From Octopus sinensis (lineage: Eukaryota): a stretch of DNA of 64,000 nucleotides. Below the pieces are notes generated by a model. It worked only from the letters and a program-made list of their open reading frames with translations, was not told where the DNA came from and did not search any database. The stretch covers positions 62,001-126,000 of the forward strand of contig NW_021826031.1 of NCBI RefSeq assembly GCF_006345805.1, in the 5' to 3' direction. Positions 39,045 through 53,592 of the stretch are shown here, in pieces (within the stretch, counting starts at the first letter, position 1; every line of letters starts with the position of its first letter). The position numbers and the translations under genes were made by a program.

Positions 39045-42000
39045 CCTATTTGGACACAATGAAGATGAATATTCTAATAAAATCTCAGAATATTTAAAAA
39101 TTTGTCAACTGCATAAAACTGTGCGATCTTTAAAGGATACGAGTATTTCACACACAACAAGTTCCAGTGAACTGCACACGATTGTTATCCAAGCACTTCA
39201 AATTATACACGTTTTATTTATATTTGAATTGTTCAAGAACAAAGCTCTTAAATTTTATAGCGTCAACGTCTCTCTCTTCAACACTACTTTTGGCACTTTC
39301 ATTGGAAAGACGTGGAAGGGTCCCAGAATACAAGCAGGTCTTGGGAATTACATTGACTATAATCAAGTCACTAATCTGTTTATAGTTGTAGGAAGTGATG
39401 ATCAGACAAGAATATAAGAATTTGTCTTTGAAATTTGTTTTCGAAATTGTTGGCTACGAACAAAACGACGAGCAAGCACGGTCGGTCGGTTGGTTCATGG
39501 CCTCTCTTGAGGAATTGATTTCCGGGGAAACTAAAAAGTAAATTTTATTTGTTTTACCAAGAATTTCCATTTATCGTGGATCGCCTCGTTGCTTAAGTCT
39601 TTTGTTAGCGACAACTAGTAACTTATTCTCTTATTTTAAACCAAGATTTCATGGAGCATCTTAATTCGGCGAAAATTGGCATATTTGCAGTTTGTGGCGG
39701 ATATACAACTACAATTCCCTCTCACCTCGAAATGCAAATTCCAGTTGACATTCCTATTGGACAGAACGAACATATTCCTGGAATAAAAAAGCAAAAAAGT
39801 CGAGATATATTAAGAAAATATGTAGAGATGCTGACTCAAACTCACAAACCTCAAAAACTGAGACTGTCGCAAATCACAATAAATATTGGAGACTCAAATT
39901 TTGAGCAGAGTTTGTGCAGTGTTATCCGAGAAGAGTTCGAGTCTAGTTCCAGCCACGTGCAAGTTAGCATTGAAGATCGGAATTTATATGTTTATGCTGA
40001 TTAAAATACTTGTAGTTGGAAGTGTTCAATTCCTGGCGTTTTATCGACAAAGCTAAACGTCTGCATCTTCAGACGACGAATGAGGCTCTTCAAAACTTGA
40101 TTGAAAAACGTAGACAATCCAAAACTATCACAAATAAGTAATTTTAGTTTTTAATTTACAGCTTTTTTGAGACTAAAGAACTAATGTTGGTTACCGACGG
40201 CGATGTGAATTTTGATAATTTTTTTACGGAAAAAAATGTTGTGATTGCATTTCAGTTGGAATATCAAATCAAAATTTCCGAAATTTCAAATCACGGCCAA
40301 GTTCTATTTTAATAATTTTTTGAAGTTGTTTAACAAAGAAAAAAATTTTTACAAATCGGTGATAACTGGGTGGAGTATTTGGAATCCAGTACTTTCTAAT
40401 CAGATTCCAAGTTGCCCTATATTCACACGTATTTATAAATTGTGAATCTTTTTAGGCTGTTGCGGAGTCCCAATCTCGTCTTTGGTTCTAAGTAAGGAAA
40501 TTTCCAGTAAAAAGGGAATTTTGGGGAAAATTGGCTTTAACTATGAATTTGGCGAACGGAGCTTTAATACCCCTCCAGTAAAACAGATTTCCTCTCACTC
40601 AAAGAATGTAGTCTTGGTAAGTCTAACAGTCAGACAATGTATTTAGGCACGTCAAGAAAGAATAGAAAATGACGTCGACTTGACTGAAATTCCTATCAAA
40701 TTGGACAAATTCGACAAACTGACGTTGAGTTCGTCCCAATTGTTTAATTTCAATGATCATTTTAGTGAGAAATTTGACAGCCCTTCTCGGAACGAATTGA
40801 GTTTTCTTTATTCTGTTGGTTTCACTGAAATCACGGACAGAGAAGGGAATACACCACATTCCGTCACACTCCAAAAAGCGATGGATTTGGACCAGGACCT
40901 CGAAATGAGTGACATTCTTGCTCGAAATGTCCTGACCCTCAGATTTATGGGTTTTTCTGTGTATGTTTTCTGATATTTTCAATTTGAGTAGTAACCCGAG
41001 TAAAAGTGACAATTTCTCGACGATTTCTGCTCTTTCGTCTGTTTTCTTTACTTTTCAGTTTTTCAACTTTGATTCGGTGACTACTGACAGGCAATTACTT
41101 TTCTCACGTTTAGAGTTGTGGTCGATTCATCAAGTAAACAGCCAATTTCGCTGATTAAACAAGAAAATTGTACTATTCCGGGATACCAGGTGATCTTCTC
41201 ATACTCACAGTCAGGTCCGGCTTTGTGACGTCACTTTTCCTAACCAAACTAAAGACAAGTTGAACTTTATAAAATATCTTGCCAATTGTTCCCTACATAT
41301 TGACGTGTGGGATGCACGTTCCCTCATTCGTGTGGGATTCTGTCGGCTTCCTCTTTATGTTTGTGTCTCTATTTGATCAATGTTTTAGGTTTTTCTCCGC
41401 CAAACAAGAGAAGCAGTCGAATGTTCCTGTCAATTGGACGTGATTGACGACCAGGATTTATCGGGGACTGCTTCACTGTGTCTTGACAGTGTCATTGGTA
41501 AAATCTTCATTCAAAGCGTCAATATTGGATATCCACTGACGGTGGATAAACTCATTCCGAGTAATGTAGCATCAAACATTATAGACCGTGAAACAAACGC
41601 GATGGATAAAACACTCAGACTTGGTGGAAATATAAGTATAATATCGAGTGAGTAAATTATAACAGGAACTCCCAATGGATGTTTCCTTTCAATTCCACTG
41701 GCATGTCATAGTCGGGTTTTTGACGAGTCGAGTTTTAATTCAAACCCTGAGTTGAACTTGGACATGGATCCGATCAAAAAACGGAAATTGGGGAGAATGC
41801 ACAACTCGCGAATGATGGAAACTGAAGAACTTGATTTTAGTGTAGAAACATTTGATCTTGCATTTTTAGAGACTGGGGACTTGCTTTTTCAACAAACAAC
41901 GGGATTTGAGAACCGTACAATCTTTCAGGACCTGCAACAAGTTTCAACAGATTCAGAATGCGTTAGAAGCCAACATTTCCCAGTCAAAAAAAATTACCGC

Positions 42001-43496
42001 AACAATTGGGGAAGCTGAGTTTTTTGAAATAAAAGTACGAAATCCTTTAACTACCAAACAACTGATTCATGTCGAATTTGAGGATCCCTGCCTCAGGTTA
42101 TTGTCTCCATAATACAAAAGGGTCCTCACAAACTACGAAGAATGGTGTCACTACAAAGACATTGAGAACCTTGAAACTCCGATAGAGCGCAATTTTTTGA
42201 GTTATTCAACAGAAAAACAGTGTCCAGTGCTTTTTCTTTCTCCGGGAGAGACTGTATATGTCCCGTTTGTGTACAGAGCACTTTCCGTGCAAGAAATGAA
42301 ATGCTCTCCTGTTTTTTTGTTTATTTTAGTTCAAATAGACCTCAAATAAAGAATTGCAAAAAATGACAGAAAATAAACTTTCAAATAATCCTGGAAGGGT
42401 TAAAAAAGTAGGATGTTTAAGAAGATGATTTCTATCAATTAGATATACTTTGGTTCAAAGGAGAGCACAGTTTTGATTGTAAAACTTACCGTCGAAGTAA
42501 AGCAATGCCCCATTTCACATGTGATCAGATTCATGGCATCAGCCAATGAACTGTTTAAGAAAAACATTTCGATTCCACTTGACGAGAGTATTTAAATAAA
42601 AAACATTTCATAGAAACAAAAAATCTTAGAAATCCAGTCGTCAAGTGCTCCACATCTGATTCTGTAAGTGTTGATCTGCAAACAAAAACTTATCCTCAAG
42701 AACTGATAATCAAAGTAACTTTCCAATATCAAAAGTGGTAGACAATGGTGGGAGAAGTAGCCACGGTTAAGCATATGATGGTTTTTGTGTACTCCGATCA
42801 TTTTATGACCTCCCCTCTACTCTCGATCGACATCTATGTACATGCATATCAGAGAATCGACCTCACATGTGTCCTTGGCCAGCTTACGAAAACAAAACAG
42901 CTAATAAGGCTTTTTTATTCGTTAAATAATTATTCAGAAACTTCAAAACTGATTGGAATATTAAATGTTTTGTTTCTCACCAATTTGAGGTGTCGGCTGA
43001 TAAAATCAGTGACGAATCAACACTCCACACCGGAAGTACTCCAGAAATGATAATTTGTGTCAAACCCACCGTCCTATCTCAGAGAAAATACGTCGTAAAC
43101 GTTGTGGACGTGACCAACAACCAGCTATTTTATTGTTGGCTATTAAACGCTACTGTGGTTCCCCCACCAGTGTCAAAAGTCAGTGTTGGTTGGTATAAAA
43201 GTTAGATGTTTGATGTGTGCCTTGATTCTGGAAATGTTGGCACACACAGTTTCAAACGTGTCAGTTATCGCAACATGTATTCAGTGGAGAAAACATTCAA
43301 ACTGACCAGCTCGAGACCAGATCTGGTAGAATTAAGACCTCAAGTGATGGTTCTGGAACCATACGGGAGTTTCTATATTGGAATGACGTTTACGGGTGCC
43401 TCTGGAATTAAAGGCAAGGCGGATATATACGTCTTTATTAGTGACCCTCAAGGAGCAATAGAAGATTCGTACAAAATTCTTTTAAGAATAGTATAA
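39037..43496 (+). CDS. NPHP4: Nephrocystin-4 (ciliary transition zone)
   Basis: VFFTFQFFNF, LHIDVWDARSL, GEAEFFEIKVRNP, KRVSYRNMY..TFKLTSSRPDL; many micro-introns. The start is inferred. Confidence 0.85.
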
Positions 43497-44865
43497 TTGA
43501 GAATTTTGCTTATAAAAATGGAATTTTTTGTTTAGAGCTTATTTTAAATAATCTAGTATAAAATACATAATTGAAAAAAGAAATGGCAAAGTGTTAGTGC
43601 CCCTAAGAGTCGATATGCTTTATAAAAGCATCTTCTACTGAAATCTGGATTGGCTCATTTATGGAGAGGGTAACTCACGACTCATCTGAGTATCGGTATC
43701 ATCAGAACGTTGCCCATAGTTGATTATCCGCCAACAACCATTTTCTTGTTCTGTGAAATTAATTCAAATGAAACTTCCAGAAATCCAAAAAATTTTATTG
43801 AGAAAAATTATTTCAAAATCAATAAATTATTCTTCCCTGGAGATTTATAAATCAGGCTATTCATGTGAAACACGTTTCAAATCAAAAAAATCAGAATTGA
43901 CAAAATTATGGAGCATTTTATTCATTAAAATTCATATTATACGCATAGTTAATTTCAATTATTTTATGAATCTGTAGCACAAATCCATTTTCCAAACAGA
44001 TAACCAATTTGTGTTTTTGGTTACTATCGTCCTTTTAATAAAGACTATGAATTATGAATTGAAAATACCGATCATCAATTATCATAAATTGATTCGCTTT
44101 TTATAAGTTTGTATTTTTCGGATTTAGATGTAGTTTTTACGAGTTTTTGGAGTAATACATTTACAAGCTTTTGGTATTCACTGTCATTTTTCACGTAACC
44201 TAAGGATTGAGACTATACTGATACAACATCTTTTAGAAGATACCATCTTTTAATTAAAATGATGTAAACCCTTTTTATAATAAATTATTTTCGTTATTAA
44301 TTGAATGTCAAACTATGTAGGTCCGAAATGTTTAAAATTCTGGCAGCATTTACACAACATATTATCAAAGGAATAATTAATTCTTTTATAAAAATCAATT
44401 TTTCGAAAGAGCCAAACTAATTGAAATGATGTTAGGAGCCCTGAATGTCGAGTCAATGTGTGTACTGACATACTGACCAGTGACACACTCACACATTACG
44501 GAAATGACTTACCCTCTTGTCACCGCCCGGTGAGGCGACACGGGAAACGACGGTCCTCTGTTGTTTCGCCACTCCAATTTAACTAGAATTAGATAATCTC
44601 GGAAAACCTTAGATCGGATAAAGTCCTGAATTATTTCTCTCTTGAAAATACAATTAGGAACTTTCCTGGAGTGAATTTAAAAGAATTGGTAGACTTTACG
44701 CTCTCGATTATTTTATGAATCTGTAGCACTTATCCATTATATCCGTTCTGTTTTATCAAGTTATAATAAGAAAAGTAGACTTTTTATTACTAATCAAATA
44801 TTTGGATTGTCTTAAATGAATTTCTATAACTCATAGTGAGGAAATTTTTTTTAGCCGAAAAATAA

Positions 44866-46023
44866 TTAAAATAAAAAATCAAAATCAAATGGATTTTTTT
44901 CAATCTCTACGTTTTCTTTGATCTCTAAGGTTTCTTTTTTATCACGACACTTTTTCCTCAAATCAGAATTAGCTTTCAAATCAAAATTGTTACTTAATGT
45001 TTTATTAGGGTCTTTATGTTTAGATTCCGATTCGAGGAATATAAATTTTGGCTCGACGTCATTTTCTTGCTCTTCTTGAATTTCATCGTTCAAATTATCT
45101 TTGATTACTTCATCTAAAAAAATTAATATTTGCTGTAATTACCATTTTTCTTATTTGTCAGCAATTCTCGAATAACTTGACAAGCCTAAATATTCACATT
45201 AAACTTTTAAACTTTTTCTTTGCAACTTTCGCATTCTTTGGGAACAAAATAGTGATAAAATAACTCGACAATTTCCAAAATATTTCGATCATTTACGACT
45301 TTTTTCAGAACAGACATTAATAGATCAATAAATCCAGCGATCTGAGTTTTATAGAGTTCGGAAAATTCTTTGACATTGTATTTAAAGAAAGAGAATAATT
45401 TGCAGCCGTCTGCTTTTTCAATTTCACGGAATGTCAGTTTCCTAACTAATATATAATTACAAACTTTGCAATAAATATATTCTCACTTAAAGACAAGGGT
45501 GGAGCATCCCAGAAAAGTTCCTCCATTTCTATCAACATATTAAACATGTATTCCACATCCTTTGATACAAGTCTCAAACTTTTTTAAAACATTTTGATTT
45601 AACCAGAAATTGTTGTTTTCGTCGGCAAGTTGCCCTAAGCTTATCGAATCTTCATTTTCCGAATCATTTTGAGATTTAGTAAATGGAGACAAGCTTTTTG
45701 ATTCTTTTATCTTTGAGGATAAAATGTACGCATCGACTTGTGTCGAGAGTGAAAGTATTCGACTGTTTCGATATTTACTTTTATATTCTTGTTGTAAAAG
45801 TAAATTATAAATTTTTGAATTTCGACATGTTTTTTTTAAAGACGACGTTTTTCCTGTGTCATTCATGCTTATATTTTACTGCTCTCCATGGAAACTTAAT
45901 CTTATTCTACGAATGTATATTTAATTTAATTTCAAGATGTCTATATTTAATTAATACTTCATGTAAAAACTTATTATTTGTTTCTTCTAACATTTTTTAG
46001 GAACAACACCCTGTAATATCCAT
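44866..46023 (-). CDS. Hypothetical multi-exon protein
   Basis: Coding-like exons separated by GT-AG micro-introns; no family recognised and the 5' end is uncertain. Confidence 0.4.
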
Positions 46024-46235
46024 TTTGGTTTAATGAAGTTTATATATTTTTAATATAAATGACCAGAAAACTTGATTAGTGTGATTTTGTAGACATTCTC
46101 GCTAACTCATATTGATAAATAGTCATTTTGAGTGGAAAATAAAACCTGAAAATAATGAATTTTGTAATTGTGGTCAAAACACAAAATTTATTTTAGATTG
46201 ATAACGCAACAAAATGAATTTAAAAATATAAAAAA

Positions 46236-48219
46236 CTAACTATTCAGATCATTAGCTTGACGAGAAATAGCGGTGGTGAGTACAGCCGTGTTGTATTGAT
46301 CGGGTGTGATCTAGTGACTGATCTCTACTAACCCAACCATAATATAATGAACATCTCCAGTAGAACGGGCATAAAAGTCAGCCACCGTCGCAGACTTGCC
46401 GCTACACAATAAATCACATCAATAAAAACCGCATCAAAGCACTAAGACCGAAATAAAAAAATTGTCCGACATCAAAACGCATTTCATCATTTCCAATAAT
46501 AATTTCGACTTTTCCGTGAAGAATAAGAACAAAGCAGTCAATCGGCTGTTTGTTTCTAAACCAAAAATGAGGACATTGATCTCCAGAGGGGTGGGAATAT
46601 GTACTGACACATTTACGAACGAGTCTCTCCAAAATAGTCATTGAAATAAATTTATCATCAAACGGCTCCAAAGCTAAAAATAAACAGGAATAGTACATCT
46701 GAGAAACAAGAGGACTGCAGTTATGATTTGAGAGGAGACAGACAGTTCGTGGGAATTAAACAAATGATTGAACTCGACGTTTCTCACTCTTTTGACTCGA
46801 CTGCGGTTGTCGGCTAAAAATTGAGAACAAAATATAACTGATGATGTCGGTCTCGTCTATGATTTCGGCCTGAATGATCTCCTCGACAATATCCTCCAAT
46901 GTGATAACTCCCACGACATCAGACGAACCATCGCCTCGGAGAACTATAGCCATGTGAGACTTGACTAAGAATGAGAGCAATAACTTACCAGATATGAATA
47001 TTTTAAGAATAACGTCCAGCGGAGTGTCTTCTCGGATGGTTATAAGTTGGTGACGGTAAAAATCACAAACAGTACGGACGGGGAGACAGGCGTCTGGATC
47101 GGCTACCATGAGATGTTTCACATTCAGAATGGCGACAATATCATTGACAGATTTCCCGAAAATGGGGATCCGAGTGAATCCCATGGCTGCTATCTTTTGG
47201 AGTGTCTCAAAGTCGAGGACCGCATCATATCCAAGCATAAACACATTATCGATGTAAGTCATGACCTCCCCCACCATTTTTTTGCTTATTTGAAGAGCCC
47301 CGTTGATTATGTCCATCTCATTATGTCTGTACTCCTCGTCACGTTGTGTTTCAATAGATATAAGAGCCATTAATTGCTCATTGCTGTATCCACGGTCAAT
47401 GTTTTCTCCAATTAGCTTAGTCAGTACAAATGAAACCGGAAATGACAGTGGAAATGTCATCACCATAAATAATTTGGTCAACCAAATAGTTTTGGCCCCA
47501 ATCATAAGCCCGTGTCTAGAACAGATTGCCTGAGGAACAATTTCCCCAATGATAACTATAGAGAAAGAGGAGTAGATCCCTGCGAGAAAGCCAGGTCCAA
47601 CCAATTCAGTCAGGATAATTGTGAGTGAAGTCATCACCAGCACATTTCCAAAGAGAATTGTGCACAAAAGATAGTTTCCATGTTTTCTGACTGGCCGAAT
47701 TATCCGTGCGTAGGATTTCTCCAATGCCGACCCACATTGTTCAAAAATCTCCAATTCCGTCAATTTGAGAGACATGAGTCCCAAGTTTAATCCACTGAAA
47801 AGTGCAGACAGCAACACACAAATTATCACCAAAAGAATGGCAATCCATAAAGGAATTTTGGCATGCGGTTTTTTAATTACGGTTATGGCAGTCCAGTTTC
47901 CCTGGTGCTCACATGACTTTTTTGTGCATAAACATGAGAAAAATGTCCCGACATGAGGGAATATCACCATAATGTCAGCATAGTCACCCAATGGGACAAA
48001 GGAATTAGGAAATATTAAAGAATTGTTGGTGCAGTTGAAGGACGATTGAGTATAGGCCAGGGAATGAAGGTTGTTGCCAATTGCTCGTAATGTGGAATTA
48101 GTCAGACTTACTGCAGTTATTTTGTTAGTCGAAAATGACACAGAATTGTCCACCCCGGGGGAATAGCCTATCAGTTTTGAATGTGCATCAATGAAAAAAA
48201 GCAATAAAATGGTTCTCAT
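46236..48219 (-). CDS. CNNM: CNNM metal transporter (signal peptide, DUF21, CBS pair, CNBH)
   Basis: LSALFSGLNLGLMSL, GNYLLCTILFGNVLV, GEIVPQAICSRHGL, GFTRIPIF, GVITLEDIVEEIIQAEIIDETD. Confidence 0.95.
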
Positions 48220-49733
48220 TGACTATCCTCCTCCGATTAGTAAAAATTTAGAACGGAATAATTAAATTCATTGGCTAAATATCAATCATAGTTTTACGTT
48301 TAACAAATCTATTTAAACGCTTATCATATTACAATAATTTGATTTTAAAATTAAGATAAATATATTATCGGAAAAAATATTATATTTATTTAGCTAATTC
48401 GTATTTAATTAATCTCTAATGATATGAATCACAAGGTTAAGTACATTTTACTTAACTGCAAACTTAATTGGATTAAGAATTTTTTTATAGGATTAATGTT
48501 TTTTTATACATTAAAGATTAAAACTTTTTAAATATATTTAAGATGTATAAAATGCACTCTGGCTGCTAAAGTATTTTCATTAAAAGATGACCTAATAAAC
48601 AATTTTGTTCTATTTTTGTTGAAATAATAAATAAAATTGGAAAAGATTTTAATATCTTTTGAAAAATTGTGATTGCTATTTTTTGCAGTAATTTTATTTT
48701 AATTATTCAAATTTGTAAAAAATTATCAAATTTATGCAGTGAATAAGTCGTTACAAAACATTTTATTTTAATGATAAGTTCTTTGAACACAAAATATTTC
48801 TCAGAGTCGTAAGCAAGTCCTACCAGTCCGAAGATTATCGGTGCACGTCTTATGCTTCTAGAATACAATCTCTCTTGATAGAATTGAAGTTTTAGCAGTC
48901 CGTAAAACAATTTAAAAAAGCCTTTTTTTAGTTGGTAAGTGCCTAATATCAGACTCCGTAAGAACGACCAGGATCCCGTCACAAAATACCCACCGGAAAA
49001 GTCTTCCAGTAAAGGACACAATACACTCTCGAAACTAACAGTAAATGTTTTTAATTCAACTAAAGATAAATTCGATTTCAACTTCCCAAAATTAATTTTC
49101 CGTATTATAAGAGAATGAAGAGGAAGATGGGAGTGCATGTGTAAGATATTTACTTTATAATTACTTAAAAGGTTCGCATTCAAAAAGATTATGGGACGAA
49201 TCTTTCCTTGAGATTAACCAGGTTCGAACAATTATACGGAGATACAGTCACTATTGTTGCAAAGTTATCTAACAAATTTGTCAATGTGGAAAATAGTGAT
49301 GAATCACTGATGAAAGTACATGCCAAACGACTCAAGAAGCTAAATAACAGTTAGAAATAATAATTTTTGTTGATCTATTAATAAAATAAGTTAATTTGAC
49401 ATTGAGTGAATTTGATTGGTCGGGCTCACACTGCGCTCGCGACATATTATATACGAGTCAGTAATTGGAAACATAACATAGTCAAATGTGCGAGTGTGAT
49501 TATAGTGCATTCCTAGACTGCTCGCGAATTGTGCCTCGTTTTATTTAATCAGATTCCGATTGATACAAGCTTTGTCCAAAATAAGAATTTGGGATTTTTC
49601 TCAGCGAAATGAGGTCCACTCTTCAGTTACGGTAAAAAGGATTGTAACCAAGATCACAAAGGATGGCATTTATTCTGTTAAAGACAGAACCCAACTAATA
49701 GTAAAACCACAAAAAACAAAATTTAGCTAACTT

Positions 49734-49930
49734 TTTTTTATTAAAACAATAAGGACGTGAAAAGACAGCTAAGCTAATTACTGGCCTCATGAGACACCCG
49801 GCCAGCCTCGCGAATGGCGAAGCCGTTCCCTCGGATCACAGCAATCGACAGACGTTCCAGGAGCCAAGAATACTCTCTTGGATCGTGGCTAGTCCTTGAA
49901 ATCCGTCGGCCGAGCGAGCGAAGGAAGCGG
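49734..49930 (-). mobile_element. CRE-like 3' retrocopy with A-rich tail and 12-bp TSD
   Basis: ATTTAGCTAACT at 49722-49733 and 49931-49942; encodes FLRSLGRRI..SWLLERLSIAVIRGNG. Confidence 0.75.
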
Positions 49931-50219
49931 ATTTAGCTAACTATTTTTTTAACTTAGTCATTAGTACAGTCTATATTTCTTCTTTCAAACTTTTTTTCTA
50001 TTAAATTAAAATGTTTAAAACTACTTCAACGCGATTATTCGATAAAATATTTATTATTTTTGCAGCAGAATAATACGGAGACTCAAACTTATCCAGTCGA
50101 TTTGTTCCAAAGTCATTTTTAACCCGAATTTATTTATTAATTTTTTTAATTGGTACTTCATCTCGCACGCTAAAGTATACTTACTATTATAAACATTTAT
50201 TCTCCTGTTCATAGCTTTT

Positions 50220-51300
50220 TAATAACTTGAATTTTCATATGTCCAGAGCATTCGACTCTGTTCACAGAACTAAACTTGTGGAAATACTTATGACCTTCTT
50301 AAATTCATGACGACATCAGAATAATCCTAATGTTCTTCAGAACACTCAATTAGCAACCAAACTTGGTAAAAATGTGTCAAACTATTTCTACACATCACGG
50401 GGCATTACCACAAGGCGATTCGCTGTCCCCAGTCTCTTTTCGTCTATTAGAGGCAGCACTCAGAGACTTTCGGCCTCTTGTGGACAACATAAATACAACG
50501 AAATAATATATGCTGGATGTCGACTTCGTATTGATGATGCTGAAACCCTTCGATTTATTATCGAAACATTACCAGATATTTTTTCCAAATGGTTCTAACA
50601 ATCAACCACAATAAAACTGAACATACGAAATTTATTCGATCTGAACGAACTCATGATGAGCCCTGGAGAAGACAAAAAAAAGTCGGATCTCTCTTAGGGG
50701 ACTCTGAAGACATTATGACAGACAGAAAAATACTATCAATTGCCACATACAATAAGTTTATGAACATCTGGCGCCTAAAGAAGCTAATTCAAAGACAAAA
50801 CTTAAATATACAACACATTTGTTGTCCCAGTCCTAATGTACAATGGATCGACGTGGGGAATGTAGACCGATATGAACAATTTGGACCGATTTCATCGGAA
50901 CCAACTGAGAAGTGATAAAACATGCAATTCTAAGGAAAATAGCAAATTCCACCCTATACAAAAGATGCATTCGAGACCGATCTCTATGGACATCCTGGAG
51001 TCAAATGGCGACTCTTTGGACACATTATTAAGACTTGACAGCCTCACTCCGCCGAATATCGCGATGGAAAACTACTTCGCCCATTCAAAGGAGACTTCCG
51101 TGGAAGACCCAGGGTCACTCTGGCTAACACGCTAAATGAAGATCTAGCTGGAATTAATAAAAAACTGAAAAATGGCGATGATCTCGACTACTCAGGACGA
51201 TCGCAACTGACCGGAGAGCCTGGAGACGCATGACCGGGAGAATTTCAATGGTGGCACAAGGAAAGCTTAATTAATATGACTTTTCCGAAGTGCTTATAAT
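50220..51300 (+). mobile_element. RTE-like LINE, RT C-terminal half, frameshifted by many small deletions
   Basis: MSRAFDSV, PQGDSLSP, near-identical to 58089-58718 over the shared part; ends TTATAATAA. Confidence 0.85.
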
Positions 51301-51377
51301 AAATTTCATCAATTGGGTCGATTTCGAAATTTAATCTCTTCGCAGTTGGAAACAAATTGTCTGACTGGGAATAGATT

Positions 51378-52460
51378 TTAAATCAAATTATATGAATTTT
51401 CAATAGATTCTGTAGTCGAACAATTAACAAAATCTTCCATTTGTTCGTAAGTCACACAGTAATCACTTAAATTATCTAAGACATAATGTGATATAATATA
51501 ACCATGGATTATTGAATTTATTCCCTTTATTCCTCGACATCTTTTGAAAAAACATTCGTTAGAAGATGAATGGACAGATATGTTATAACTGTACAAATCA
51601 TTTTCGAATTTATCAACCCACTTTTTTTACTGTTGTCTATCATTTTTGACAACTTCCTAGTTATCGTTTGATTAAATATTTCGAAAATTCTTTGAGTCCG
51701 AGGATTAATGGGCCTTCAGTGAATTTGTTTGATATTAAAATGTTATTTCTTGATTTTTGAATTCAGACACATTGTCTGATTGGAGAAATTTTCATGGTCG
51801 ATATAGGCAAAACAAGGATCCTAAGTTTTGACACACTCTTACCAGACTTATTACAGAGTGGTCGTGCAAATGCAAATCTATAAAAAAAATTTTTAACCAA
51901 CCTACTATAAGTGTCAATGGCCGTTAAAATCTATTTGAAATTTTCGTTTAGTGTTGAAAATCTTTTCAGATCTATTATGTCTATTTAAAAATGTTGATTT
52001 GGACAAGAAGCGAACACATGGTGATTTATATTTCCAATCTACAATTAAAAAAATCTTGAAATTTTAAAGGACGCGAAAATCTGCAAACTTGAAAAGATCT
52101 TTTGATAATCTCATTCTTGACAGAAATATCTTTGTCGACATTCATATTCAATTTTATTCACTTCTGCGTGTGAAAACTCGTGTAAAGATTTCGCCACAAG
52201 CTCCATTTCGGGTTCATTATCGCGGGATATGACTAACTTGAGATCACTTGATTTAAGATAAAATCTGTAAATTTATTGGAAATTTACAATACCTGTCATT
52301 GATAATAGTAAAATTCTCTATCTTCTTTTAAGTCTATATTTTGGGTGCTTCGGGAGATTTTCAGGAAATTTGTAATGTAATGCATTTTTTAAAATTTGAT
52401 ATTCAACGCAGTCTTTTACAGAAACCCTTGTAAGAAGGCATTGCAACAAAATAATCTTTC
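51378..52460 (-). mobile_element. Degenerate rve/DDE integrase (Ginger/KRBA2-like) with two micro-introns
   Basis: HHCC-like LHEFSHA..C, IDIIDL, ILTAIDTYSR|FAFARPL, LQSDNVSEFK, RPINPRTQRIFEIFNQTIT, YNISVHSS; introns at 52265-52292 and 51878-51901. Confidence 0.75.
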
Positions 52461-53199
52461 ATGCTAAATATCACGCTGGAAATTAAAGTTTGCCGCTATA
52501 AAAAATAAAATCTTTATAATCATAACATTTATAAATAAGAACTAATTTTTTTTATTTTCAGTTTGTTAAATTATACTATTAAGAACTAATCTAATAAAAT
52601 CACGATAAAACTCGGATAAAAAAATTTAGGATAATTAAGATATTTTTAAGGTCAAATTGATTGATTTATTTTAGTTTTAGAAAATTTAATATTTTAAACT
52701 TATTCTGAAAGTCTTGCGTGGATGTCTCTGGTTTATATTCTCTAATAATTTAACAAATATAAAAACAACAAATAATTTAGTCCTGCTTAAATAAGACTTA
52801 CTAAATTTGTGGGGAAAAAGTCATTTTCTAATAAAAAAGACGTTTAAGTCAATAAATGATGGACATCAACGATTTATTAAGCCAAAATACGAACACCAAT
52901 GTGCCAACAAATATATTTACATACCATTTTTGTCAATAATTTACAGTCAAACCTTTCTAATTTACCTCCTCTATGATTTCCTGCTCTTCTTTTTTTACCG
53001 AAAAAATAAATTCTGTTTTTCCTAGTTACATTGAAAACTATCAAAAACATAGTAAACAAGGAACGGAGAAAAAGAAAAAAATATTAATAAATTATTTAAC
53101 TGTTGTTCCTAAAAATGTTCTCAAATAAAAACTTATTCTCTTATCTTTATTTAAAAGAAGATGATTTCGAAATTTAATCTCTTCGCAGTTGGAAACAAA

Positions 53200-53592
53200 G
53201 AATCTGTCTCTGAATCCCCCTTCGACTCTGAGTTCTCTTCGGCTGTCAGATGCTGGTTCGCTAATGGCCTCAAAGTTTCTGTTGATTTGACCAAACAACG
53301 GCAATGGGACACAATTTTTTCCGACTACAAGTTCGTGCTCCTCAAGTGTTTCTCAATCAACACCGCCTGGCCTGTCTGCTCGCAGGGTCCCAAAAGTATT
53401 CAGGAGCCTGGCTGACAGCCATCCCAATGGCGTCAGTCGGGACATTACTGGATAACAAATGTCTCCGCATCGCAGTTTCTCTGCGCCTTGGATTGAACAT
53501 CTGCCGCAGTTCGAAATCGTGAGAATTATTTGTTCTACGTAAATTAAATTTTAACTATACGATTGACCTTTTCTTTATTTTGACTAATAAAC
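53200..53592 (+). mobile_element. CRE-like internal fragment flanked by a 14-bp direct repeat
   Basis: [37 protein letters not shown]; CAGTTGGAAACAAA at 53186-53199 and 53593-53606. Confidence 0.7.

Noticed and set aside
44520-44560. Hammerhead ribozyme
   Set aside because: GAAAC..GTC is present, but there is no CUGANGA core or stem I pairing.
48707-49330. 158-aa minus-strand ORF
   Set aside because: Non-ATG start, no motifs, no intron pattern; probably decayed repeat.
50220-51300. Deletion-biased decay mechanism acting on the RTE copy
   Set aside because: Almost no substitutions versus 58089-58718 but many small deletions; unpolished assembly error is more parsimonious.
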